Assembly (NCBI GenBank): GCA_947476645.1
Contig: CANJRM010000004.1
Span: 7,533 to 71,532, forward strand
DNA: 64,000 nucleotides
Source: Bacteroidota bacterium
GTDB taxonomy: Bacteria; Bacteroidota; Bacteroidia; Chitinophagales; LD1
Direction: 5' to 3'
Positions 1 to 10,259 of this stretch are shown here, in pieces; the first letter of the stretch is position 1; the number at the start of each line of letters is the position of its first letter. The position numbers were made by a program, and so were the translations under genes. Below the pieces are notes generated by a model. It ran no database searches. It was not told the origin of the DNA and saw only the letters and a list, made by a program, of their open reading frames with translations.

Positions 1-470
1 TCAATCAGCGGAACACCTGCACGGTTCAAATCAACCAAGGTAAAATACGGGTCAATATCGTGAATAGATTTACCGGCATCTTCCTCTAAGTGAATACGCG
101 TGAGATTTATCTTTGTCTTCACTCCACCAGTTTCTACATCAATAAATCCTCCAGTGCAAATGGGAGTTTTGTCTTGTGTAATCTGATAGCCCTTCGGCAA
201 ATCGGCATAGAAGTAATTCTTGCGCGCAAACTGATTTTCATAACGAATGTTGCATGATGTGGCTAAGCCAATCTTTACAGCATACTCAATTGCTTTCTCG
301 TTCACCATTGGCAAAGTGCCGGGATGACCAAGCGACAGCACACTCACATGGGTATTAGGCGAACCGCCAAACTCTGCCGAATCGCCACAATATATTTTGC
401 TGTGCGTGGAAAGCTGCGCGTGAACCTCAAGTCCAACTACCACTTCGTATTTACTGTATTTATCGTCCAT
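1..470 (-). CDS. gatB: Asp-tRNA(Asn)/Glu-tRNA(Gln) amidotransferase subunit B (5' part; runs off window start)
   Basis: Manual translation from ATG at 470: MDDKYSKYEVVVGLEVHAQL...GHPGTLP...FARKNYFYADLPKGYQITQ...RIHLEEDAGKS...VDLNRAGVPLI, the hallmark GatB motifs. Confidence 0.96.
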   Translation of the reverse strand, partial: MDDKYSKYEVVVGLEVHAQLSTHSKIYCGDSAEFGGSPNTHVSVLSLGHPGTLPMVNEKAIEYAVKIGLATSCNIRYENQFARKNYFYADLPKGYQITQDKTPICTGGFIDVETGGVKTKINLTRIHLEEDAGKSIHDIDPYFTLVDLNRAGVPLI

Positions 471-473
471 AAA

Positions 474-2027
474 TTATTTCTTATTCCAAAATGAGATATT
501 CAACTTTGATTGCCAATTGCTATCTGATATTAAATCTAACGATGTAAGATATACAGCAGATGAATCCGAGTTTGCGATGTACGCACCTATCAAAGAATAG
601 TTATCGAGAAGTTGATTCCTCCACACAGAAGCCTCAATACACATGGCATCATCCTGACAACCACTCTCTCCATTATGGTAAACAAACAATCTCGAAGGGT
701 TGTTTTTAATTTCTGTAGAATATTCTTTAAACATTTGCCGATTATATTTTTGTTTCTCAAAGAAAGGATAGGTATAGATGTAGCCAGAAGCAGCTACACG
801 TTTTGAGTAGAAATAGATTTCTGGTTCGTTGCTAAACATACTTAACTTCTCGTCCTTTGGAAGAAGTGTGTTAATGTGCGCGGCTATTTTTGGCATTTCC
901 GAAAACATAGACCATTGATAATGCTTATTGAAAACTGATTGTGGTGACTCTGCAAATATTACAGGCGATTGGATACAGAAAAAGGCAATCAAAATGCCTG
1001 TAATACCAATTGAACTTATTACAGGATTTAACTTCTTGTCAAATAAAAAATATGCGTAAGCAACTGTAACCGCAAGTGCGGGGTAAAGAAGTAGGCTGTA
1101 GTGCAAGCGAAAATGAAATCCTGTCGAAAATGCGACAACTGAAAATAGTAACCATAATAGGAGGATTCGAGTTTCCGATTTAAATATGAATAAGCAGACC
1201 ATCAGTAAACTGAAATATACTAAGTAATTAAGTGGTTCCATTCCGTGAATTACAATATTTAATGTCTTTCCGGGTCCGCCATTTGATAAACCGATATAAA
1301 CTTTAGCGTAGTTTATTGTTAGAAAAATGAATTTATCCCAAAGGTTATAAACACTAACCCAAATAGCTACGAGAAATAATGGAATTGAACTACCTGTTCC
1401 AAAAATTAGTAACGATTTCAGAATCTCTTGTTTGCTTTTGCGTAGAATATCAGCTAGAAGTATTACCAAACCAAAAAGGTAAAAGGCGTAACCATATTGC
1501 TTCATAATTACTCCTAAACTAAGCATTAGACCTGAAGCAAAAAGAAGATAAAACTTTCTATGATTCTCTTTAGATTTAAGTAAAAGAAAAATCCCCCACA
1601 CGACACAAAAATTAACGAAATGTTCTGCATTTGACATCAATCCTTCTCCATCCATAGTGCTATTAAAAGCAACTAACATTGTTGCGGCAAGTAGGGCAGC
1701 CACCTTATTTTGAGTTAATATATTTACTATACCGGCAACACCTAATGATGTGAACAGCAGAATTAACAGAACACCTAACCTTACAGATTCTACATTTTCA
1801 TTGCCTGACTTCATAATTAAAGCATACATGAAGTAGGTGCCGGGAAATTTCATATTATAAGCCTCCTTATAAGGTTGAAAACCGTGTAGTATCAAACTTC
1901 CAACGTAAGCATATTCACCTTCATCTCTTTCAAAAGGTATGTGTCGGTAATTGAATCTACTGAAGATTAATATCACTAAAGTTATGAGTAATATCACAAC
2001 AAAGACATTGGTGATATATCTGTTCAT
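474..2027 (-). CDS. GT-C fold (family 39/ArnT-like) membrane glycosyltransferase
   Basis: N-terminal TM then ERDEGEYAY motif, PY...KFPG, many TM segments, C-terminal PEIYFYSKR; visibly AT-richer than neighbours. Confidence 0.75.
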   Translation of the reverse strand: MNRYITNVFVVILLITLVILIFSRFNYRHIPFERDEGEYAYVGSLILHGFQPYKEAYNMKFPGTYFMYALIMKSGNENVESVRLGVLLILLFTSLGVAGIVNILTQNKVAALLAATMLVAFNSTMDGEGLMSNAEHFVNFCVVWGIFLLLKSKENHRKFYLLFASGLMLSLGVIMKQYGYAFYLFGLVILLADILRKSKQEILKSLLIFGTGSSIPLFLVAIWVSVYNLWDKFIFLTINYAKVYIGLSNGGPGKTLNIVIHGMEPLNYLVYFSLLMVCLFIFKSETRILLLWLLFSVVAFSTGFHFRLHYSLLLYPALAVTVAYAYFLFDKKLNPVISSIGITGILIAFFCIQSPVIFAESPQSVFNKHYQWSMFSEMPKIAAHINTLLPKDEKLSMFSNEPEIYFYSKRVAASGYIYTYPFFEKQKYNRQMFKEYSTEIKNNPSRLFVYHNGESGCQDDAMCIEASVWRNQLLDNYSLIGAYIANSDSSAVYLTSLDLISDSNWQSKLNISFWNKK

Positions 2028-4655
2028 TTACTGATTAAATTTTTGACGTAATGTCTTAATCAAATTTTCCACTTCGCTCATACTTCCTGCGCTTGCCTGC
2101 ACAAAATCGGCAGGACCCCCGCCTTTAATGGTTGGTGCAATTTCTTTTAATAATTGATTGCCATTTATATTTAATGATGGTGCGATACGAAGATGAACTA
2201 CATTCTTTCCGTTGATAGATGAAGCTAACAACAACACAAAACCGTCTTTCAAATCATTCGTCAACTGAATACCCAGTTTGCGCAATGCTTCAACTGAATT
2301 CAATTCAACTTTAGTTGAAGCGAAGAATTTAACTGCACCGACTGTTTCAATCGAAGCAACAATTTGTTTCTTCAAATCAGCCACCGACTTATCTTCAAAC
2401 TGCTGCAATTGTTTTTTCAATTCTTCGTTCTCATTCTTCAATGTATCAATACTCTTCAAAGCATCTTTCGAGTTGTTCAAGGCTGCTTTCACATTCGCTA
2501 ATTCGCTAATTGCATTATTCGCTAATTCAATCGCTTTCTTTCCGGTAACCGCTTCAATACGTCTAACACCACTCGCAACAGAACCTTCGGAAGTTATTTT
2601 GAACAAACCAATTTGTCCGGTTGATTTTACATGCACACCACCACACAACTCGCGGCTGAACTTTTCATCGAAAGTTATTACGCGAACAAACTCTCCATAC
2701 TTCTCACCGAACAATGCAGTTGCCCCTAACTTCTTTGCTTCTTCAATAGGAACATTTCTTCTTTCATCTAAAGCAATGTTCTCCATTATTTTTTCGTTCA
2801 CTATCTGCTCCACTTTCGCAATTTCCTCATCGGTCATTTTGCTGAAGTGCGAGAAATCGAAACGCAGGTAATCTGCATTTACCAATGAACCTTTTTGCTG
2901 AACGTGTGAACCCAACACAATGCGCAAAGCAGATTGCAGTAAGTGAGTAGCCGAGTGATTCTTAATCGTATCGCTGCGCTTAACCGTATTTATTTTTGCA
3001 TGAGCAGGGGCATCAACTTTAGCCGGAAGTTTCTTAACGAAGTGAACAATCAAATCGTTTTCCTTTTTGGTGTCTAACACATCAACTTTTTCTCCTCCAA
3101 AATCTAAGTAACCGGTATCGCCAACCTGTCCTCCGCTTTCGGCATAGAAAGGAGTTTTGTCGAGCACCACCTGAAACAGTTCTTTATCTTTTTGCTTAAT
3201 GCTGCGATATTTTACCACATGCGCATCGGCTTCGGTAAAATCGTAGCCAATAAAATCGGTCTTTACATCTTCGCCAACATTTATCCAATCGCTTTGCTCT
3301 TTTGTAGCATCTGCTTTTCCTCTTTGTTTTTGAGCGGACATTTCTTTGTTGAATCCTTCTTCGTCAACAGTCCAGCTTTTCTCCGCTGCTATCAATTTAG
3401 TTAAGTCAAGAGGGAAACCAAAAGTGTCGAACAATTCAAAAGCGGTTTTGCCATCAATACCAGTTAATGAATCAATGCGTTTAATTCCATTTGCAAGTGT
3501 TCTTAAAAAAGAAGCTTCTTCTTCTTTAATCACATTGATTACAAAACTCTCTTGTGCTTTTAATTCAGGAAATACATCTTTAAACTGATTTGCTAGAGTC
3601 GGAACCAAATCACACAAAAACGGTTTGTCAATATTCAGAAATGAAAAACCGTATCTAACTGCTCTTCTTAATATTCTTCGTATTACGTAACCTGCTCCTG
3701 TGTTCGATGGTAATTGACCGTCAGCAATTGCAAACGAAATTGTGCGAATGTGGTCAGCAATTACACGAAGAGAAATGTCACTCATCTCAACTACCCATTT
3801 ATTTGAAGAAGGAGATTTGGGACTGGAGCCATAAGGTGGTATGTTCTCATGTAACTCTAACATTTTTAAAATCAACGGCTGGAAAATATCCGTATCGTAA
3901 CTTGAACTCTTTCCTTGAATAGCCATTGTCAAACGCTCAAAGCCCATTCCGGTATCTACATGTTGAGCTGCAAGCTTTACTAAACTACCATCTGCTTTGC
4001 GTTCAAACTCCATGAACACGTTGTTCCAGATTTCAATTACCTGCGGATGCGAAGCGTTTACTAAACTCTTTCCATCAACGGCTTTGCGTTCTTCATCGCT
4101 TCTTAAATCAATATGTATTTCGGAGCAAGGACCACATGGACCGGTGTCTCCCATCTCCCAAAAGTTGTCTTTCTTATTTCCGTTTATGATTCTGATTGGG
4201 TCAACGTACTTCTTCCATTCATCATAAGCTTCCTGGTCGAAAGCAAGATTCTCTTTCTTGTCACCTTCAAACACAGTTACATACAATCTGTCTTTTTCTA
4301 AGCCGTAAACGTTCGTCAGTAATTCCCAACTCCACTCAATCGCTTCTTTTTTAAAGTAATCACCAAAACTCCAGTTGCCGAGCATCTCGAACATGGTGTG
4401 GTGGTAAGTGTCAACACCTACTTCTTCCAAATCATTATGCTTACCGCTAACGCGCAAACACTTTTGTGTATCAGCAACACGTTTGTATTTGATTGGTTCG
4501 TTACCCAAAAAAATATTCTTGAACGGAGCCATCCCGCTGTTGATGAACATAAGCGTTGGGTCGTTCTTTACCACAATAGGTGCGCTGGGAACAATCTTGT
4601 GTCCTTTACTTTCAAAAAAATCTAAAAATGCTTTGCGAATTTCTCCCGATGTCAT
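2028..4655 (-). CDS. alaS: Alanine--tRNA ligase
   Basis: DPTLMFINSGM, HHTMFEMLGNWSFGDYFK, VDTGMGFERL, editing motifs NHSATHLL and ELCGGVH. Confidence 0.99.
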   Translation of the reverse strand: MTSGEIRKAFLDFFESKGHKIVPSAPIVVKNDPTLMFINSGMAPFKNIFLGNEPIKYKRVADTQKCLRVSGKHNDLEEVGVDTYHHTMFEMLGNWSFGDYFKKEAIEWSWELLTNVYGLEKDRLYVTVFEGDKKENLAFDQEAYDEWKKYVDPIRIINGNKKDNFWEMGDTGPCGPCSEIHIDLRSDEERKAVDGKSLVNASHPQVIEIWNNVFMEFERKADGSLVKLAAQHVDTGMGFERLTMAIQGKSSSYDTDIFQPLILKMLELHENIPPYGSSPKSPSSNKWVVEMSDISLRVIADHIRTISFAIADGQLPSNTGAGYVIRRILRRAVRYGFSFLNIDKPFLCDLVPTLANQFKDVFPELKAQESFVINVIKEEEASFLRTLANGIKRIDSLTGIDGKTAFELFDTFGFPLDLTKLIAAEKSWTVDEEGFNKEMSAQKQRGKADATKEQSDWINVGEDVKTDFIGYDFTEADAHVVKYRSIKQKDKELFQVVLDKTPFYAESGGQVGDTGYLDFGGEKVDVLDTKKENDLIVHFVKKLPAKVDAPAHAKINTVKRSDTIKNHSATHLLQSALRIVLGSHVQQKGSLVNADYLRFDFSHFSKMTDEEIAKVEQIVNEKIMENIALDERRNVPIEEAKKLGATALFGEKYGEFVRVITFDEKFSRELCGGVHVKSTGQIGLFKITSEGSVASGVRRIEAVTGKKAIELANNAISELANVKAALNNSKDALKSIDTLKNENEELKKQLQQFEDKSVADLKKQIVASIETVGAVKFFASTKVELNSVEALRKLGIQLTNDLKDGFVLLLASSINGKNVVHLRIAPSLNINGNQLLKEIAPTIKGGGPADFVQASAGSMSEVENLIKTLRQKFNQ

Positions 4656-4745
4656 GCCTTCGATTCTGTAAATGAAAAATGATGATATTTTAGCTCCGTT
4701 TAAGGAGAGGCGAAAATAAAAGAAAACGCCAAAGACCCGACCGCA

Positions 4746-5729
4746 ATGGCATTACTCAAAAAGAAAGACAAATTCATTTTCAATACGCAAACACTAGCTT
4801 ACGAAAAAGCAGTGGTGAGCTGGGGAAACCGCATTTTGCGTTTGCTTGGGTTCTTGATTGCCGCGCTTGTTTTTTCATTGGCAATTTCTACCATCTACTA
4901 TAAGTTTTTCGATTCGCCAAAGGAGAAAATTCTGAAAGCTGAGTTGAGCGCCATGCAAGACCAATACTATATCGTGAATCAGGAAGTTGACCGTTTGAGT
5001 AGCGTGTTGGATGGTTTGCATTACCGCGATGGAAATATTTACCGAGTGATGTTCGAAGCCGACCCGATTGATAAAGATATTTGGGAAGCGGGCTCGGGTG
5101 GAGTAAACAAGTATCGCTATCTCGAAAAATACGACAATGGCGATTTGATGAAAGACATTGCGGGCAAGGTTGACAAACTGAAAAAGCAAATGTCAATTCA
5201 AAGTAAAAGTTACGATGAAATTGCCGACCTGATTAAGAACAAAGAGAAGATGTTGCTTTCTATTCCTTCGGTGCAGCCAATACCGAACAAGAAGCTAGAG
5301 CGCATGGCTTCGGGCTACGGATGGCGCATTGATCCCGTTTATAAAATTCAGAAGTTTCATGAAGGAATGGATTTTACTTGTCCAATAGGAACCGAAGTGC
5401 ATGTAACCGGTGATGGTGTCGTAGAAGCGGTGAACTATTCTTTTCAGGGTTATGGAAATGAAATTATTGTGAACCACGGTTTTGGTTACCGAACACGTTA
5501 CGCGCACTTGTCGAAATTTAAAGTTCGCCCCGGGCAGAAGGTAATACGCGGTGATGTGATTGCTAACACAGGCAGCACGGGTAAATCAACCGGACCTCAC
5601 TTGCATTATGAAGTTTTGAAAAACGGAAACGCGGTAAATCCGGTTTACTTTTATTTCAATGATTTGAAAGATGCTGACTTTGAAAAGATGGTGGAGATTT
5701 CGAATAACCCAGGACAAACGCTTGATTAA
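4746..5729 (+). CDS. M23 family metallopeptidase (peptidoglycan DD-endopeptidase)
   Basis: N-terminal TM, coiled coil, HEGMDF (HxxxD), YAHL, STGPHLHYEV (HxH). Confidence 0.93.
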   Translation: MALLKKKDKFIFNTQTLAYEKAVVSWGNRILRLLGFLIAALVFSLAISTIYYKFFDSPKEKILKAELSAMQDQYYIVNQEVDRLSSVLDGLHYRDGNIYRVMFEADPIDKDIWEAGSGGVNKYRYLEKYDNGDLMKDIAGKVDKLKKQMSIQSKSYDEIADLIKNKEKMLLSIPSVQPIPNKKLERMASGYGWRIDPVYKIQKFHEGMDFTCPIGTEVHVTGDGVVEAVNYSFQGYGNEIIVNHGFGYRTRYAHLSKFKVRPGQKVIRGDVIANTGSTGKSTGPHLHYEVLKNGNAVNPVYFYFNDLKDADFEKMVEISNNPGQTLD

Positions 5730-5730
5730 T

Positions 5731-5762
5731 ACGGAATGTTGAATTCGGAATTCAGAATGAAT
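5731..5762. repeat. 7-bp-period GAAT tract between convergent genes
   Basis: GAAT at 5734, 5741, 5748, 5755. Confidence 0.75.
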
Positions 5763-5767
5763 GCAAA

Positions 5768-6607
5768 TCAAATTCCAAGACCTAACAAACTTTTATTCAA
5801 AAGCGCGGTGAGTTCCACCGCTTTTTTATTGGTGTAAGTCTTTGCTTCAAATTCTTTTACCCATTGAATTCCCTTCACTGCATTGGTAAAAATAATTTCA
5901 TCGGCTTCGAGTAATTCCTTTGTTTCTATTTCACGCTCTTCGATTTCTCCTTCGAAAACAGAGATGAAGTAAGTGCGCATAACTCCGTTTACACAGCCGC
6001 TTTCTAAGTTAGGTGTGATGAGTTTATTTTCTTTTACCAAAAAAATGTTGGAGTGAATGGCTTCGCAAACCTGCGCGTAACTGTTCATCAAAATCATTTC
6101 GTCCCAACCTTCGGCTGCGGCAAATTGAGCAAACAGCACATAAGCTAGGGCGCTCGAATTTTTCAAATCGCTGATGTTGTAAACAGGTTTGAAACAATCT
6201 TCGCGCATGCCCACTTTTAATCCTTCGCCACATTCAAACTGCACGTTCTCAATTTTATTCATACTGATAACGTAGCCCAGTTCATCATCATCGGGCAAAT
6301 ACAAACCTTTTCCTTTTCTGAAAAACTGCAAGCGAATGCGCGCGTTTTTTACTGCATCATTTACCGAAGCCAAATCCAAAATCATATTCATGAATCGTTC
6401 AGTATCAAAACGCTTAGGAAAAACAGCCGACAAAACTTCAGCAGTAAATTCCATTCGGCTGAAATGATAATCGAGCAAGGGAATTTTTTTATCGAACATC
6501 ACCATGCTCTCAAAAAAACCATCGCCATATTTAAACGCGCGGTTAGTTACCGGAAGCAGTTGCTCATGCTCGGGATAGATGTTGCCGTTAAAGTTGATAT
6601 ACTGCAT
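5768..6607 (-). CDS. Class IV aminotransferase / 4-amino-4-deoxychorismate lyase-like
   Basis: NRAFKYGDGFFESM, PLP lysine region DLKNSS, EAIHSNIF, GCVNGVMR. Confidence 0.85.
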   Translation of the reverse strand: MQYINFNGNIYPEHEQLLPVTNRAFKYGDGFFESMVMFDKKIPLLDYHFSRMEFTAEVLSAVFPKRFDTERFMNMILDLASVNDAVKNARIRLQFFRKGKGLYLPDDDELGYVISMNKIENVQFECGEGLKVGMREDCFKPVYNISDLKNSSALAYVLFAQFAAAEGWDEMILMNSYAQVCEAIHSNIFLVKENKLITPNLESGCVNGVMRTYFISVFEGEIEEREIETKELLEADEIIFTNAVKGIQWVKEFEAKTYTNKKAVELTALLNKSLLGLGI

Positions 6608-8123
6608 AGGTATTGTTCGATAAAATTAAAGTGCCTTCGGCAGGTGGAAATTCTTTTAGGGTAAGGATATGTGTAACGCCTTTTTGTTTTAATAATTCCA
6701 ATTGTGTTTTAGGTAAATGGTAGAAATACTCATTCGCCTTTGGTTCTAAAGCAAATCCTTTTTCCTTATCGACTAAGGAAATTCCGTAAACCATTTGAAC
6801 TCTGTTATACCACTCTTCAATTTTCGATTCATCTTTTACAAACGCTTTCCAATCTACCCACGAAGAAACTCTTCCAAAATATTTCAACTCGGTGCACTTG
6901 AAAGGTTGAATGAAAACAGATTCCTTGTTTATCTGCTTATCAATTTGTAAACTGATTTCAACAACATCTTCTTTCAGTTTCCAATCATTTCCATATTCAT
7001 GAAAAATTCCTGCGCGTTCAGTAAAAGAAGGTTTGAACAAAATCATCAGCAAAGCAGAAATTGCAATAGCAGAAACCAGAGGCAAATTGAAACTCGCATT
7101 CCATGAGAGCGCGTTTTTTTTTGATAAGAAGTTGCAGACAGTTTTTACTAAAACTAAAACCGCCATAAACTTTACCCACTGCGAAACTTTATAAAACTGC
7201 AGGTTGGTAATTTGTGGAATGTGCAGCGTATCCGAACACAGAATGTAAACCAAGGTTCCTGCAGCACTGAAAATTCCGAACCAGAGTATTGTTTTGTTTC
7301 CGGTGCTTCCAAAGAAAAGCAGTACGGCTGTGAAAAACACAAACAGAATTTTTTCTACCATAGGCATATAACTGAAAACGTAATGATGCGCATGGCGAAA
7401 CTCATGATAAATGCGGAAAAATGTTTCGGATGGAAGCGAAGTGCCATCTAATTTTTGGCGTAACAGAACGGCAATGAAAATACCCGCACTCAAAAGATAA
7501 ATGCCCGTGAACTTTACAAGCGTTATTCTGTCTTCCGATTTAATGAAAATGGTAATTGCAAAAAGTGTTGCCCATAACACCATATAAACTGTAAGCCCTT
7601 CAACCGGATGAATGATGGAAGCAATGCTCATCAAAGCAGCAGCGTGAATAAATCTGTTTTTAAAAAAGTAGTAAAGCGCAAATGCAATAATGGCAACACT
7701 CATGCTGCTCGCCTGAAGGGTATCAGAATACAATTCTACGTTACCCAAGCCGCGGTCGAATAACAAAAAAAAATTGACGAGAATGGCTATGCGCGCAAGA
7801 GTAATATTCCCGGTTATTACTTCTCCCAGTTTCTGCAAACCAAGAATCAGAAAAGCGGTTGAAATAAATTGAAGCAGAAAGCAAATCGCTTCCAAATGAT
7901 TTCCGAAAAGTGAAAGAAACTCGCACACTACACTTCGCTCGTTTGGAACTTTCTGACTTAAACTCTGCACAAAAAAATCGTGCGCATAAAGTGAATGGTC
8001 CTGCAAATACAAAACGTAAGGCAGATACTCCACATGGTCACCCGTGCCGAAACGATAACCAAAACGCACGAGGAGCAAACTCCAAACAAGCACCGCAAAA
8101 AGAATAGAAGATTTGTTTTTCAA
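6588..8123 (-). CDS. Polytopic membrane protein (DUF6798-like, possible GT-C)
   Basis: Multiple TM helices; DHVEYLP...LYAHDF, HPVEG, FRHAHHY, C-terminal SSWVDWK...EWYNR. Confidence 0.6.
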   Translation of the reverse strand: MKNKSSILFAVLVWSLLLVRFGYRFGTGDHVEYLPYVLYLQDHSLYAHDFFVQSLSQKVPNERSVVCEFLSLFGNHLEAICFLLQFISTAFLILGLQKLGEVITGNITLARIAILVNFFLLFDRGLGNVELYSDTLQASSMSVAIIAFALYYFFKNRFIHAAALMSIASIIHPVEGLTVYMVLWATLFAITIFIKSEDRITLVKFTGIYLLSAGIFIAVLLRQKLDGTSLPSETFFRIYHEFRHAHHYVFSYMPMVEKILFVFFTAVLLFFGSTGNKTILWFGIFSAAGTLVYILCSDTLHIPQITNLQFYKVSQWVKFMAVLVLVKTVCNFLSKKNALSWNASFNLPLVSAIAISALLMILFKPSFTERAGIFHEYGNDWKLKEDVVEISLQIDKQINKESVFIQPFKCTELKYFGRVSSWVDWKAFVKDESKIEEWYNRVQMVYGISLVDKEKGFALEPKANEYFYHLPKTQLELLKQKGVTHILTLKEFPPAEGTLILSNNTYAVYQL

Positions 8124-8209
8124 TTCAAATTATGTTCGAAACAAACTTACACTTAAATTGAAAAGTGATTTACTCAGAATAAATATTTTCACCCCACAAA
8201 AATTTCAAC

Positions 8210-9757
8210 ATGGCTGACAGCAATAAATTTAAAGAAGCAATTCAAACCGGATACGATTGCAAAGGCGAGCATATAGTTTTAGGTGTGGCTATGCTCGATG
8301 GAAATGCAGTAGAAGGATTGCAGGTAAAAGCTCCGCTCAAAACTTTCAACCGTCACGGATTGATTGCAGGTGCAACGGGAACAGGTAAAACAAAAACCTT
8401 GCAGGTAATTGCCGAGCAGCTTTCGGCACAGGGAGTGCCTGTGGTTATGATGGATATTAAAGGAGATTTATCGGGCATTGCACAAGCGGGAAAATCAAAT
8501 CCTGCTATTGAAGAGCGCCATGCAAAAATAGGAGTGGAGTGGGCGGCAAAAGGAAACCCTGTGGAGTTTCTTTCGCTTTCAAAAGAAAGCGGTGTGCGTT
8601 TGCGCGCTACGGTTTCTGAGTTTGGTCCCGTATTATTTTCTAAAATTCTTGCATTGAACGATACACAGGAAGGTGTGGTTTCTATTGTGTTCAAATATTG
8701 TGACGACAAAAAAATGCCGTTGCTCGATTTGAAAGATTTTAAAAAGGTGATGAACTACATTACCGATGAAGGCAAAAAAGAAGTAGAAGAAAATTACGGC
8801 AAAGTTTCTACGGCAACTACTTCTACTATTCTGCGCAAGATTATTGAACTGGAGCAACAGGGCGCTGAAATATTTTTTGGTGAAAAGAGTTTTGAGGTAG
8901 ATGATTTAGTGCGCATTGATGAAAACGGAAGCGGGATTATTTCGATTCTTCGCTTGACCGATATTCAGGATAAACCGAAACTCTTCTCTACGTTTATGCT
9001 CAGTTTGCTTGCGGAGATTTACGCTACGTTTCCCGAAGAAGGCGATGCGGGCAGACCGAAGCTCGTTATCTTTATTGACGAAGCGCATTTGATTTTTGAA
9101 GAAGCCAGCAAAGCATTGCTCGACCAGATTGAAACCATCGTCAAACTGATTCGCTCAAAGGGCGTGGGCATTTTCTTTTGCACGCAAAACCCTGCCGATG
9201 TGCCCGATGATGTGCTGTCGCAATTGGGTATGAAAGTGCAACATGCCTTGCGTGCATTTACCGCTAAGGACAGAAAACAGATAAAACTCACTGCCGAAAA
9301 CTATCCGCTTACCGATTTTTACGATACCGAAACCCTGCTCACATCATTAGGCATGGGCGAAGCATTGGTAACTGTGCTGAACGAAAAAGGAATTCCTACT
9401 CCGCTTGCCGCCACTTTATTGCAGGCACCGCACTCGCGTATGGATGTGCTTACCACGCAGGAAATTGAAGCCATCAACAACCAAAGTAAACTCGTAAAAA
9501 AATACAACGAGGTAATTGACCGCGAAAGTGCTTTTGAAATACTGAGTGGCAAAATCAATTCTGTTTCTCCTGCCGCAACAAACACCACTGCAACAACTAA
9601 TACTATAAATCCTCCTGCAAGCAACGAACCGTCAATGGTAGAAAAAGGAGTAGGAGCTATTGGCGATTTTGCCAAGAGCAGCGCAGGCAAAGTAATTATA
9701 CGCGAAGTAACGCGTGGCTTGTTAGGTGTGTTGGGTTTGGGGGGTAGAAGAAGATAA
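8210..9757 (+). CDS. HerA/FtsK-like ATPase, DUF853/YjgR family
   Basis: NRHGLIAGATGTGKTKTLQ (Walker A), DIKGDLSG, FIDEAHL, RSKGVGIFFCTQNP. Confidence 0.92.
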   Translation: MADSNKFKEAIQTGYDCKGEHIVLGVAMLDGNAVEGLQVKAPLKTFNRHGLIAGATGTGKTKTLQVIAEQLSAQGVPVVMMDIKGDLSGIAQAGKSNPAIEERHAKIGVEWAAKGNPVEFLSLSKESGVRLRATVSEFGPVLFSKILALNDTQEGVVSIVFKYCDDKKMPLLDLKDFKKVMNYITDEGKKEVEENYGKVSTATTSTILRKIIELEQQGAEIFFGEKSFEVDDLVRIDENGSGIISILRLTDIQDKPKLFSTFMLSLLAEIYATFPEEGDAGRPKLVIFIDEAHLIFEEASKALLDQIETIVKLIRSKGVGIFFCTQNPADVPDDVLSQLGMKVQHALRAFTAKDRKQIKLTAENYPLTDFYDTETLLTSLGMGEALVTVLNEKGIPTPLAATLLQAPHSRMDVLTTQEIEAINNQSKLVKKYNEVIDRESAFEILSGKINSVSPAATNTTATTNTINPPASNEPSMVEKGVGAIGDFAKSSAGKVIIREVTRGLLGVLGLGGRRR

Positions 9758-9791
9758 GACCAAAAGCCACACTATGTGGAGCTAGATTTTT

Positions 9792-10232
9792 TCATTCAGT
9801 AAATAACTGTTTATCTAATGAAGCAGGGTCAAAATTGTCGGGCATTACATCAAAGCTTAAAGTGGCGGTATTATCAATTCCATATTCTTTATCAATTCTG
9901 AAAGTTTCACCAACACAAGCCTTATTAATTTTATCAGTTATTATCTCGCTTAACTTTTTTAAGTCTTGAATTGTACCAGCAATGAAACCTCTTGTTATGG
10001 TTGGTTTGTCCCAAGTCATAATTTTTAGATAGCTATAAGGTCCATAATGTTCGTGTTCTGAAATACCGACATTGCCTTTGTTATTTGTGTAAGCGTCAAC
10101 AAGAGTTGCCAAGTTTTTCAAGCCTTCCTTACTGCCTAAAAATTTCCATTCATTATCTTCATTTTCAAAATCATAATGGAAACGAAGTTGTCTCCATTCA
10201 TCTATAAATTTTTCGTTCCAATTAATTGCCAT
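9792..10232 (-). CDS. Hypothetical protein, possibly Imm32-like immunity protein
   Basis: 146-aa AT-rich ORF; GSKEGLKNLA...EHEH resembles an Imm32-type motif (weak). Confidence 0.45.
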   Translation of the reverse strand: MAINWNEKFIDEWRQLRFHYDFENEDNEWKFLGSKEGLKNLATLVDAYTNNKGNVGISEHEHYGPYSYLKIMTWDKPTITRGFIAGTIQDLKKLSEIITDKINKACVGETFRIDKEYGIDNTATLSFDVMPDNFDPASLDKQLFTE

Positions 10233-10259
10233 TGTTTCTCAAACCTAAAAAAATCTCTC

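Noticed and set aside
2278-2871. Long antisense ORFs here and within rpsA, priA, addAB and others
   Set aside because: Shadow frames of well-supported genes on the opposite strand
8210-9757. HerA-based anti-phage system
   Set aside because: Sequence is the common stand-alone DUF853/YjgR type; no Sir2, NurA or nuclease partner adjacent
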